Shown here piece by piece: positions 41,420 through 52,600 of a stretch of 64,000 bases of DNA. Position 1 is the stretch's first letter. Each line of letters opens with the position of its first letter. Under the pieces are notes generated by a model. That model saw nothing but the letters and a program-made list of their open reading frames with translations, searched no databases and was not told the DNA's origin. The DNA is from a virus: IMG/VR virus record IMGVR_UViG_3300044796_000159. The stretch is one strand, 5' to 3'. The position numbers were made by a program, and so were the translations under genes.

Positions 41420-42374
41420 TATTTAGCGCCTCTATTTCCAGATAAAATTGGAATACTATTTAAACTATATCCTTTATTAATGGAATTTAAAATAACATTA
41501 ATTGTATTACCAAAACGTTGAGCGTTTGATATCGAATCAAATGCTTGGTCTAGATGTTGAATATCTACAATGTCTGTATCTCTGCCATTTATTTTTAATG
41601 GATTGGTTCTCTTTTTGGATTTAGCAAAAGAATTTTTAAAAGCGGAATTATTATAACCCATAACTCCGTGATGCCTTTTTGTAAGTTATGCTTGTGCTTG
41701 TAGAAGCTACGGCATTCGTCAATGGACTTGCGATAACTGGTGGAGTCCAAGATAATTTTACATATCTAGGAACATTACCAATACTTGACGACAATAAAGG
41801 GTCTTGATTTTGGTCTTCTTGAGAAGGTATATCAGTCTCTTGCGGAATATAAAATCCGATATGTAAAACTTGCACTATTTAAAGGTAATTGCTGCAAAGA
41901 GTTATATTCTACTACTTCTGAATACATAGATTTTAAAGTTATATCAATATCGACATTTGCTGATTTTGCTATAATTGGCGCTAAGTCATCTGGCGTTTTA
42001 TAGGCGCTGCCCACGACAATAGCAACGTGTGGACTATTTGCATATACATTAGATATATTGATAGTATCTGGTTTTTGATTTGAAAAAATTGGCAATATGT
42101 TATTTATTGTAACATTTACAAATTTATTTGCCACCGTAGAAAATGCGGCAATAGAAATTTTAGAACGGTCAATGTCATTTAGAGTTGCTAAATTTAAACT
42201 AGAAACACTTTTATCTGGAGTTAAAGTGATAGAAATGTCTTTGGGAGTATTGGCATTAGATTGATTTTGAATACCAAAAGAGGTATTTTGAGATGGTACC
42301 ATAACCAACTGTCCATATGTCTGAGCAGTGCTTTCTTTTTTAAAAATCGAATTGTTTTGTATTAAAATTGACAT
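41419..42374 (-). CDS. Structural protein, +1 shifts at CGG 41856-41858 and 41666-41668
   Basis: ...LPLNSASFTY|GFYIPQETDIPSQEDQNQDPLLSSSIGNVPRYVKLSWTPPVIASPLTNAVASTSTSITYKKAS|GVMGYNNSAFKNSFAKSKKRTNPLKINGRDTD...; 956 nt minus 2 = 318 codons. Confidence 0.75.
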
Positions 42375-43814
42375 TATTTTATATTCTTAAGAGAGTTTAT
42401 ATTCAGACCAAACGAATTTATTTGCAAAGGACTAACTAGCGGTTTAAAACTTAATCCTCCAAGATTTGTATTTAACAATTGAATAATTGAAACTGGGTTT
42501 TTCTGAACTACTGGCGCTATTACTATTGGCGCTGCTGTTACTACTGTTTCTTTTTGAGCAGCCGCAAGAATCGCAGCATTATTGCTTTGTTGCAAAGATG
42601 TCAAAAGATTTAAAATAGTGGTTGGATTATTCTTTTGTTGAGAATAGATTAAATCTAAATATAAATTATTGACAAAATTAAATATATTAGATAGCCCTTC
42701 CATTGATGTAATGCTTTCTGTTCCGCTATTAGTTGGTAAATTAATGGATAATTGAGATAAAGTAGTCAAAGCATCAGCATTATTTGCAGTTTGTGAAATA
42801 GTATAAATCGTATTCAAAATAGGGACTTTGGCTTTTATTGAAGTAATAAAATTATCATAAGAAAAAGTTTTTAATCCTTCATTTATCGAAGTCGAAAAAG
42901 CATTTTGAAAATCTGTATCAAGATTTCCCAATAAGCTAATCATAAACATTAAACTATTTTTTATACCAAACATAGTATAAGAATTATTTAAAATGCTCAT
43001 AATAGTTAAAAGGTCAGACACAAATAATACTTGGGTCTTTGGAGCAATCATAGAATACAAATTACTATTACTTGTACTTAATCCGAAAAAATGAATATTG
43101 CTATTTAGTAATGCGATTACCCATGCTACTTGCGAAGAGCCTAAAGTAACAGCAGCAAAATCAAACAAAGTATAATTATTTACCGAACTTACTTCTCTAT
43201 ATGTTCCTAAAGCCTTACTTAGAATCGTAGAGCCATAATCTACTTCTTTTATATTTTTTGGAACGCGAGATGCAAGAATTTTATATTCATATATTCTATC
43301 TGGTTTGATATCTGCGTCAAAAATGATAAAATTATTATCAGGGTCTAGTGCAATTCCTAAATGATTTTTTAAATAACTAACATATTTTGAAGTTTCTTCA
43401 GCTAAAGAAGGCGTTTCTAAAAATAAGATTCTTTTAAAATCGGTATCTTCAAATATATTTTTCTTATAAAGCTCATAATGAGTCGCATCATAGTGAGCTT
43501 CCCAAACTACAAGTACGCCCAAACTTTTTTCTTCATCGGCGTAATATTCACAAATAAATGATATTTGAGGTTCGTTTTGAGAAAATGTAGTTGTAAAAGT
43601 ATCAAAAGGCTGTTGATTGTATTTACGAACGCCCTGAACGTTGTAAATTAACGGGTTAGGAGGAGGCACAGGTACAGGAATAGGGTGAGCTATGACTGTT
43701 ACCGTTGGAGGCGGCGCAGAGGTCTTTACAGCTACTTTAGCAACTGTTTTGATAGGTGTAGATGACGTACCGAACGGAACCTATGTCCAATTTAGAAATA
43801 TTCTCAGCTTGCAA
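42374..43814 (-). CDS. Structural protein, +1 shift at CGG 43770-43772
   Basis: Candidate TTG start at 43814: (M)QAENISKLDIGSV|GTSSTPIKTVAKVAVKTSAPPPTVTVIAHPIPVPVPPPNPLIYNVQG...; 1441 nt minus 1 = 480 codons. Start codon less certain. Confidence 0.6.
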
Positions 43815-43832
43815 GTGTTTATTCTCCCTATC

Positions 43833-46091
43833 TTAAATAGTCAAGTTAGCTTGAACTTGATTGGAAACTCTTCCTAAAGTATCATATCCGGTAATTCTGT
43901 AAACATATACATTGCCCGCTTCAATATTTGAATCATAAAAGTTTGTTTGTAAATAAGATTTTCCAATCAATGCAAAATCTTCATTTGGCGTATTGATTTT
44001 TCTCTCAAGCAGCCAATAGTCTGGAACTGCTCTTGTAGGGTCGTTACTCCACGAAAGCTGACAAACTACTGGCAATACCTTAGCAGCCAAAACAGTAGCT
44101 CCAAAGTTTTGAGGGTCTGACAAATCTGGAACTGCGTAAACCTGAAATTCATTTGTAGAATTACTGCGGTCACCAGCGGCATTTTGTGCTGTAATTTTAT
44201 AAAAATATGTACTATTTAAATCCAAAAAATTTGGTAATCCATATGACCTTCTAAGATTGTTGTCGGTATTGATTTGAGTAGTATCCAAAGATAAGTTGTC
44301 TATTGATTGAAAAGCCGCAGAAGCTATAATCTGTCCTTTAAAATCAACCGCATCACTAGTCGCTACTTCGTCTACTATAAATGTATTTGGCGTCAAAGGA
44401 AAAGTTTCATATACATTTGAATTAATTTGTCTTCTTTCTAATAAAAATAATGTACTGACTGGTATCTGTGATGAAGAAAATAAATTAGAAGCATTATTCG
44501 CTAAGTTATTAGAGGTATTGTCATCATCCCAAGAAATTTGAATTCTTAAAGGATACTCTCTTAAAACTTGACTTCTTAAATTAATTGGCGTTCTTAATGA
44601 TTTCTTACCTTCGCATCTTACAATATCAAAAGCATAAGATGTTCCATTACCAAATAAATCATATCCTCTAAGTCTATATCTATATACGTGTCCCACTTCA
44701 ACAATTGTATCTATAAAAGAAATAGAATTAAAAGTAGTTTGAAATAATAAATTATTTGTATTAGTAGATTGCGCTTGTTGCATCGACTTCTCAACAAAAA
44801 ATTGATTAGTAACCCAACCAGTTCCACCATAATTCGTAGTATTTTTTCCAGGAACAGCAAAATCTTTTTCTTTAATTGTTAAATCTATTCTATCTAAACT
44901 ATAATAAGAAACCAAACTGTCATTTGGAAATATCGTGATATTAATATTATCTGAATTTTGGTCTTGTACTGCGGTAAAAACTGGCTCTCTTAAAGTGTTT
45001 GCTTTGCTTTCTGAAGTAAGTCCTTGAACGCTTGAAAACCAAACAATTTCTGTAGGTTCCGAAAGTAGTCCATGAACATTCTGAACAAATACTCTATATG
45101 TATAAGTTTCTTTGTATTGAATTCCAGTATCAGTTACCGTTAATGAATTTTTAACTAAATCAACTTGTCCTATAGGTTGATAATTTATATCCGTTGAAGA
45201 TTTTCTATAAAATAAAGCTTGAGATGGCTTATCACTACTATTAAAGTTTGAAGTTACGTGAGTTTCATTTGGCGAAGTTTGCTTTACAATAACAGAACTT
45301 GGAGGAGAAACGGGTGAAAAATCTTGTACTACAACGGAAATTGTATTTGAACTATTTTCTTGTCCTAATTGTTTAGAGATTGTTTTTATATAATAAGAAA
45401 AAGCATCTCCATAGCCAACACTCGTATCTTTATAAGAAAGATTTACGATAGTGTTATTTTGAATATATAAAAATGCATTTTTTTGTTGAGCTAAAAATTT
45501 AGTGTAATCAACAGTGCCAATTTTTTCAAAAGTGTAAATTCTCGCAGAAGAATCTACAGATGTGTTAAAATTAGGAGTGCCATTAAAATTTTGAAAAATT
45601 TTGTTTTGTTGAATGCCTTGTTCTACAGTTAAGTTTGTATTTAATGAAGCGGAATCAATTAAATTTCTATTGACATTATTTAATGATTTTTTATCAAAGC
45701 CAAATTTTCCAGCTCTCTTTGTTTTTTGAGAAAGCTTTGCCAAATCCGAAGTGGAATATTGAGTAACTGTAAAAAAAGTTTCAACATCTGATGGTTGTAC
45801 TCGTTGTCTGTATATTTCAAATCCAGTAACGTTACCACTATCAACATCTTGTCTGTTTAATGTCCAATTTAATTCTAGATATGGATTGTCTAAACCATTT
45901 TTTAAAAGTTCAATATTAATAAAATCGGGAGTAGATAATTGTGTCGTGCCTATTCTAGGGTCTTTGCCTACGGTAAAGGTCGAAGTCTGTACACTAACAT
46001 CACCGTTGTCAGTTAAATCTTCCTGTACATTTTGATTACTAATTTGAGTTGCTAAACTAGTCTGGTCTAAAGAGAATGTGGAAGTTTTCAT
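43833..46091 (-). CDS. Large fibronectin type III-repeat structural protein
   Basis: Repeated FN3 signatures: NPYLELNWTLNRQDVDSGNVTGFEIYRQRV; YKETYTYRVFVQNVHGLLSEPTEI; LPVVCQLSWSNDPTRAVPDYWLLERK...GNVYVYRITGYDTLGRVS. Confidence 0.75.
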   Translation of the reverse strand: MKTSTFSLDQTSLATQISNQNVQEDLTDNGDVSVQTSTFTVGKDPRIGTTQLSTPDFINIELLKNGLDNPYLELNWTLNRQDVDSGNVTGFEIYRQRVQPSDVETFFTVTQYSTSDLAKLSQKTKRAGKFGFDKKSLNNVNRNLIDSASLNTNLTVEQGIQQNKIFQNFNGTPNFNTSVDSSARIYTFEKIGTVDYTKFLAQQKNAFLYIQNNTIVNLSYKDTSVGYGDAFSYYIKTISKQLGQENSSNTISVVVQDFSPVSPPSSVIVKQTSPNETHVTSNFNSSDKPSQALFYRKSSTDINYQPIGQVDLVKNSLTVTDTGIQYKETYTYRVFVQNVHGLLSEPTEIVWFSSVQGLTSESKANTLREPVFTAVQDQNSDNINITIFPNDSLVSYYSLDRIDLTIKEKDFAVPGKNTTNYGGTGWVTNQFFVEKSMQQAQSTNTNNLLFQTTFNSISFIDTIVEVGHVYRYRLRGYDLFGNGTSYAFDIVRCEGKKSLRTPINLRSQVLREYPLRIQISWDDDNTSNNLANNASNLFSSSQIPVSTLFLLERRQINSNVYETFPLTPNTFIVDEVATSDAVDFKGQIIASAAFQSIDNLSLDTTQINTDNNLRRSYGLPNFLDLNSTYFYKITAQNAAGDRSNSTNEFQVYAVPDLSDPQNFGATVLAAKVLPVVCQLSWSNDPTRAVPDYWLLERKINTPNEDFALIGKSYLQTNFYDSNIEAGNVYVYRITGYDTLGRVSNQVQANLTI

Positions 46092-46493
46092 TATTTTTTA
46101 CCATCAATTGCTAAATAAAAATATTCTGTAAACCCTTGTGTAACTGATTCTTGGGAGACGGGGTCGATAGTATCTTCAGAATATAATCTGTTTATAGACC
46201 CATCACTTCCACTTTCAAAAACTTCTATTAAAAAACCATTTTTACTATCTACGGTACCATCAGATGTCTTAAGATAGAAATTGATTATTTTAGAATCAAC
46301 TGATATAACATAATCGGCATTTGTTTCTAAATTAATAATTGAAGAGTAATTTTTTCCTAAATAAGACGCTATATCATCTTGTGCTGTAGAACTATTTAAA
46401 CTTATAATATTTCCGAGTTCTTTTATCTAGAACCTTAGTCGCACTAATCAAGGTAAGATTATTTGTTAGAGTTTTTATTGGAAAATTTGCCAT
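46091..46493 (-). CDS. Structural protein, +1 shift at CGG 46413-46415
   Basis: MANFPIKTLTNNLTLISATKVLDKRT|GNIISLNSSTAQDDIASYLGKNYSSIINLETNADYVISVDSKIINFYLKTSDGTVDSKNGFLIEVFESGSDGSINRLYSEDTIDPVSQESVTQGFTEYFYLAIDGKK*; 403 nt minus 1 = 134 codons. Confidence 0.75.
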
Positions 46494-47033
46494 TATTTTA
46501 CCGCGCTCGTTACTTTTGGAGGTGTTATAACCGTAGGAGTGTCCTTTATTTTCGTCGCAATCGTATCCAAATTTTGTAAATTAATGTACAACGCGCTTCT
46601 ATCAACAGTTTCTATAGTGGTATTTATTACAATATCTAAAGGTTGAACGCTATTATCAAAAGTAGACGCAATCAATGTTATTGGTACGATTTTATAATTT
46701 CTAGCTAAAGAAAACTGACTAGAGCTTAGAATATCAGTATAGAATACTGGAACTATTCCATTTTTATTAGCGTTTGTAAACAAAAATGAGGATAAATCTT
46801 TATTTTCTACACTGTTCTTTCTAGAAGTTTCTTCAAAAGACATGTTTCTAAAAAGAATATTATCAATTGAGCCGGGAAAAGTTCTTATTCATCGACAAAG
46901 AGCCAGAATAATTGACTCCTTCATCACTCATTGCATAGTATGTAAAATCTAATTGTCCTTGAGATAAGAGTTCTTTACCTCTATCTGTTAACACTAAATC
47001 AATTACATCTTCTTTAAAATTAAGTAAGCCCAT
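46493..47033 (-). CDS. Structural protein, +1 shift at CGG 46872-46874
   Basis: MGLLNFKEDVIDLVLTDRGKELLSQGQLDFTYYAMSDEGVNYSGSLSMNKNFS|GSIDNILFRNMSFEETSRKNSVENKDLSSFLF...; 541 nt minus 1 = 180 codons. Confidence 0.75.
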
Positions 47034-47045
47034 ATTATATATATA

Positions 47046-49687
47046 CTACAAAGTGAAAAAACAAGTACCACCGGCAGAACCAGTACCAACATTCTGACGA
47101 CCGCTATTACCACCGCTTAATGGAACGCTACCGCTAATATAATGAATTGTTCCAGACATTAAATCAATAGCATAGATATTTCCACCGTTACCACCTGTAC
47201 CACCATTGCCTGAAACGCTGCCTGTACCAAATGATACGAAACTGCCGCTGCCGCCGTTACCACCGTTACCACCTGGTGCTGAAATAATATTGGTAGCTTG
47301 TGCTCCGAGATAGGTAGGCCCATCTAATATAAACTAGGCCACCACCACCGCCGCCACCACCACCACCACCAGAGCCTGCAAGGCTTCCTGTAGCGCCGAA
47401 ACCATTGCCACCCACACCGCCAGCGCTACCAGAAGCAGAAATCGCTCCAGCGGCCGTTGCGGCTTGACGAACAATTGTATTTGCCGAAATAAAGACTGCG
47501 CCGCCGCCCATGCCTGATGCTGCGCCGCCGCCACTATTACTAAATATGCTACCGCTGCCTGGGCCACCACCACCGCCGCCGCCTCCGGGCGCCGCCGCCA
47601 CTAAGTTGCAATATTGTACCTTTATAAAACATAAAAAAATCATCAACATTGCGACCCAATACTACCTGCAAAGATGATTTGTCTGCACTGCCCGAATTAC
47701 CTGCGACTCCGTTGAGAGCCTGAACGTCCTCCAGCGCCGCCATTGCCGCCGTAGCCGCCGACAAGTACCGTACTAGCTATACCATTAGTCCCAGCTTGAG
47801 CAGCTATAGAGCCAGTTGAATTTGCACCTGACCCGCCTGCAACGTTATTGGTTGGAGTAGCAATTGTATTACTGCCAGTGCTTACAAAAGCACTTCCGAG
47901 ACGTTCCTTGACCGGGTAGCCGTTCCAGCAGTTCCAGCAGCTCCGCTAAATGGAGCATTATTATGTATAGCACCGGCACGAGCTTGGTTTAAATCAAGTG
48001 TTCCACAGCAATAAATTTTCCAACCATTAACATTTAATTGAGCTGCGCCGGAAAGAATTAAATTATTATAATACATATCGCGCGCTGCTATTACGCTAGT
48101 ACTAAAAAAAGCATTACCATCTACGCCGCCGCCGAAAGTTTGCAAAAGATAAGCATTTCTGTCTATTTTTAATGTATCAATTGCCGCTTGAACAGTCGGA
48201 GACCCAAAAGGTATTGGTAAATTGTCGGCATATGTAATTGAACCAGTATAAACACCTGCGCCGCCGTTTGCAGCAGCAGTGGTTATTCCAAATGGAGAGT
48301 TAATAACTAATCCAACGGCAGTCAGTAATCCGCCACCACTCGTAGATGAAGAAAAGCTTATTGCGGCATTGCTAATTCCAACTGTAAGACTTCCAGAGAC
48401 CACAACATTTGATGACGTTGTAGATGAAAGTATTAAATCTCCCGTAGATGAATAAATATTTGTAGCAAATCCAGCACTAGAAGAAAGTTGCAAAGAACTT
48501 GAAATACCACCAGAACCCGTAAAGGAAAATCCAGTCGAACTTGAATTGATTATTATTCCACTTCCTGCTTGAAAGCTAAATGATTTAGATAGCGACACAA
48601 ATGAAGATGAAATATTTGCGATGCTTGATGATAAAGTTGTAAAACTAGAAGAAAATTGAGCATATGAAGAAGAAACTTGAGTGTATGAATTGGACAATAA
48701 AGTAAAACTTGTAGATAAACCTACATAACTGGAAGATAATCCGTTAAATGAACTTGATATACCTATAAAACTTGATGAAACTCCCACAAAGGCAGATGAC
48801 ACTTGAGTGAAACTGCCAGAAAAAGAAGAATATGAACTTGATATACCTGCAAAACTAGTTGAAAAACTATTAAAAGAGCCTGTAAAATTATTAAATGCAG
48901 CGCTAAAGCTAGAAAAAGAAGAAGAAACTCCAACATAGCTCGTAGAAAGACCAATGAACGAAGAAGAAATTCCTGTATAGCTTGATGAAACTTGCGAAAA
49001 ACTACTTGACACTTGAGAATACGAAGTCGATAAGCTTGTATAACTAGAAGAAATGCCTGCAAAACTCGATGAGATGCCAACAAAGCTAGAAGAAATGCCT
49101 ACGAAACTTGATGAAAGACCCGGAAAAGAGCTTGATATACCAGCATACGAAGACGATACTTGGGTATAACTCGATGAAAAGGAAGCAAAGCTACTAGAAA
49201 CTCCAGCATAACTTGTAGAAAATGAATTAAAAGTTCCTGTAAATGCATTAAATGCAGCGCTCAAGCTTACAAAGCTTGATGAAACTCCTACGAAACTAGT
49301 TGAGAGACCAGTAAAGCTAGAGGATATACCCGCAAAACTTGCAGAAACTTGTGTAAATCCACCAGAAAAACTTGCATAACTAGAAGAAATACCAGCGAAA
49401 GAAGTCGAAAATGAATTAAAGCTCCCTGTAAATGCATTAAATGCAGCAGAGAAGCTTATAAACGATGAAGATATTAAAAAATAACTTGATGAAACAACAG
49501 CTATAGACGCAGATAATGGATAAAACGCAGAAGATATTTGATTAACGCTTTGAGTTAAATCTCCATAGCCAATGGGCGTACCACCACCGCCAGATGAACT
49601 TAAAGAACCAGTCTCTAAGATAATAATCTGACGACCTGGAATATCAGCTATTCCAATTTCTATATATTGGTTACGTCCATTACTCAT
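47046..49687 (-). CDS. Tail fibre protein: aromatic heptad-repeat shaft plus polyglycine-rich tip, five +1 shifts at CGG
   Basis: CGG at 47912-47914, 47896-47898, 47709-47711, 47585-47587, 47305-47307. ...GAAGTAGTAT|GQGTS|GSAFVSTGSNTIATPTNNVAGGSGANSTGSIAAQAGTNGIASTVLVGGYGGNGGAGGRSGSQ|GVAGNSGSADKSSLQVVLGRNVDDFFMFYKGTILQLSGGGA|GGGGGGGGPGSGSIFSNSGGGAASG...GGGLVYIRWAYLS|GAQATNIISAPGGNGGNGGSGSFVSFG...GGNSGGQNVGTGSAGGTCFFTL*; 2642 nt minus 5 = 879 codons. Confidence 0.85.
48667..49540 (-). repeat. Tandem 7-residue (21 bp) repeats S-[FY]-x-x-[ILVF]-S-[ST] in tail fibre
   Basis: SFAGISS SYASFSG GFTQVSA SFAGISS SFTGLST SFVGVSS SFVSLSA AFNAFTG SFNSFST SYAGVSS SFASFSS ... read directly in the ORF translation. 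Confidence 0.9.
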
Positions 49688-49689
49688 TT

Positions 49690-52600
49690 TTAAGTTTCGT
49701 TAGTTGTAGTGCTTTTCTTTATAAATCTACCATAGACAACGAGAGTTTTATTTCTGTCGTCAGCTTGTCCGTTTAATTGACGAGCTGATACATAAAGTTC
49801 CTTGGCATTTGTTAATGGAACATCAATTGTCCAAGAAACTTGAGGAGTACTTAAATCACTGTAATCTATTACCTTCGTATATTGTAAATCCATCATTTGA
49901 GCATTTACAACACTTCCCGATGTATTGTACTGAACAACTTGGTCTGGGGCGAATCCAGTATTTGATGTTGGTCTTGTCTCTACGGTAATAATAATTGTAT
50001 CTGAAGTCCCTGCGACTTGTTTTTGTGCATAACAACTTAAAGCCATGTGGTCATATTGAGATACGTCCATGAAATCGCCATATTGTTTGATAGTGCTCAT
50101 CTTACCTGGACCTTGACCGGCACTAGAATTGGCCAACCCTTGAAGAAGATTGTCTTGATTTGCTTTTGGTGGCCACATAATCATTACAGTTGAACCGATA
50201 TGAAATACTTGCAAAATACTATTGTTGTCATTGCCTATTTTTCCACTATCAAGCGTACCCAAAACAAGATTTTTCATTTGAAATAAACCACCGTAATGAG
50301 GCCATTCATCATAATCTGCCAATGCAGATGTATTCATTGGAAAATTATAGTAACTTAAAATATTATTTTCGTTATCATTATCAAGATTTTTATAAAATGT
50401 AATACCATCTTGAGTTAATGGTTGCTCAAATTGCAAAACAACATTATTGATATCGAAAGTTCCTGTAGTTGAAGAAGAAAATTCCACCATAAATTGCGCG
50501 GCATTTACATTTATAAAAGGATATTGTAGTGATGCGCCACTCATAAAGTTAGTGTGCGCCAAATACTGATTAACGTTTTGTTGATTAAATTGCATTTGAT
50601 TATTTATATTTTGATAACTTGATGAAATTCCATTATATAAGCTTGTAGATGCATTCGAATTGTCTCTAAAGCCAACAAATAAACCACTAGCAGTAAAATT
50701 ATTTATAGAAACATTACTGCCAGTTTCAATTATAAAACTTAAACTAGTATTTAATTTTTTATTAAATGTACCACTAGTTTCACCTAATATACTTGCAACA
50801 TTTAAAGCAGATATAGGATTATTATTTGCATCAAAAAATTTAGGTTGTAATCCTTGTACAACTTTAAATCCTCTTGAACTTGAAAATGGAATATATGATT
50901 GCTGACTATTGACATCGTAAGTATATTTATATATAACACCTGTATTAATTGAATTTGAAAATGCAGTATCTGTTGAGTTAAGATTACCTGAAACAACACC
51001 ACCAACTAAATAATAGCCCTTACTAGCATTATAAAAAGCAGCATAGGGCAAAATATAATCTTTAAAAGTTCCTTGTTCTCTAAAATCATAATTAATACTT
51101 TCTTGGATAGAATATTGAGTAATTGTTGGAGCAAAATAATTAACGTAATAACTTCTACTTAAACCAACATTTTGTGTTCCAGTTAAAGTTAAAGGCGCAT
51201 AAAGTATATTTGGAAATTTATGAATTTGCCAATGATTAGATTCGAAATAAACAGAGCCAGATTTTTCAACATATCCACTAGCTAAATACAATTCCCCCTG
51301 CGCAGAAAATAATTTTTTAGGTCTGCAACTTTCTGTTGCAGAACCAGAAATAGAAAAAATCTTTCTTATCGAGCCGGTAACTACGTTAAAATCATAAGGT
51401 GTAAGCTGAACATTATTATAGCTAAATAAATAATCGACGCTATACAAACCAGTATCAAAAGTTCCAAAACTATTCTTTTCTTTTGTGCAAATAAACAGGC
51501 CGCCAGATATTGCAGCGTTAGTAACGTTAAAAAATTGAACAGTTCCTGAGAACGCAGAAGAAAAAAAGACGTTACTTGTAGTACACATAGATTCGACAGT
51601 AGAGCCACTAGGCAAACTAGCAGTCGCGAATCCGTGCTCTTCCTGTTGGTATACCTTCATCGCTACCAATTGCCTGGACAAAAAGCGTATTGCCGTTTGT
51701 AATTCCTGTAAATATAAATGCGTTATTTTGAGCAGCAACAGAATCAACAATAGAACTTTCGTTTCCGGCCACAGTACTAATATAATCTATAATGTTATCA
51801 TTACTGTTATTTGAATTGCCTTGCCAAGTAGTTCCACCGTCAAGAGACACTCTAAGAAAAGTCTGACCTCTTCCAAAAGATGTAGATAAAGACGAAGTAA
51901 AAGACGAAGTAAAGTTATAAACTGAACTTGTAAAACTTGCAGACTTTTGTTGATATAATAAAGAGAATGACGAAGAATAAATAAGAATATTGCTACCATA
52001 TAAAGTAGAAGTAAAAGAAGTAGTAAAGGAGGTAGTAAGAAAATGCGTTAGAGATGAGGAACCAAATGAATTACTAAAAATCGTATTATAGCTACTGCTA
52101 TAAATTGTAGCTGCGGATGTTCCCGCTACATAAATAACATTAGGAGCATCAGAAACGATAGTATTGCCATAAGCTCCTGAACCATATGTGCTAAAATTAG
52201 AAGGATTATAATTATCAACAGTCGTCCAAGTATTTCCTAAATCTAAACTTCTTCTAGTTGTTGACCAGCCGCTATCATTACGTCCCGTAGTAAATATAAA
52301 ATTTTGAGAATTAATATATATTTTATTCCATATAGAACCGCTTCTATCAATTAAACTCCAAGTATTGCCATCATCTTGTGACTTTATAATAAATGCAGAG
52401 CCTGATACTCCTGCTCCATAGGTATTTCCGTCAAGTGAACCACTTTGTTGTCCATAGCCACATGCATATAAAGAACCAAGATAATCTTGCGTAATATCTG
52501 TAATAACGTATCTTCCGAGATTGTGTGCCTAATGCTCCGTGAAGCGAAAAGTAATTGCTTTGTAGGTGCAGAAAAAATAGCTTTAAAATTAATAAATTTC

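Noticed and set aside
47260-47600. CCG/CCA-rich repeat tract as a noncoding microsatellite or CRISPR-like array
   Set aside because: It is codon-level glycine repetition in the fibre tip with no spacer structure.
47334-47764. ORFs 47334..47573 and 47549..47764 as separate genes
   Set aside because: They are alternative-frame or partial readings of the glycine-rich fibre tip; 47549..47764 contains a segment of the corrected frame before the 47585-47587 shift and then reads the GGN repeats as poly-Arg/Trp.
48763-51999. ORFs 48763..49083, 50802..51005, 51381..51608, 51787..51999
   Set aside because: Leu/Gln-rich out-of-frame shadows of the repetitive fibre and BNR genes.
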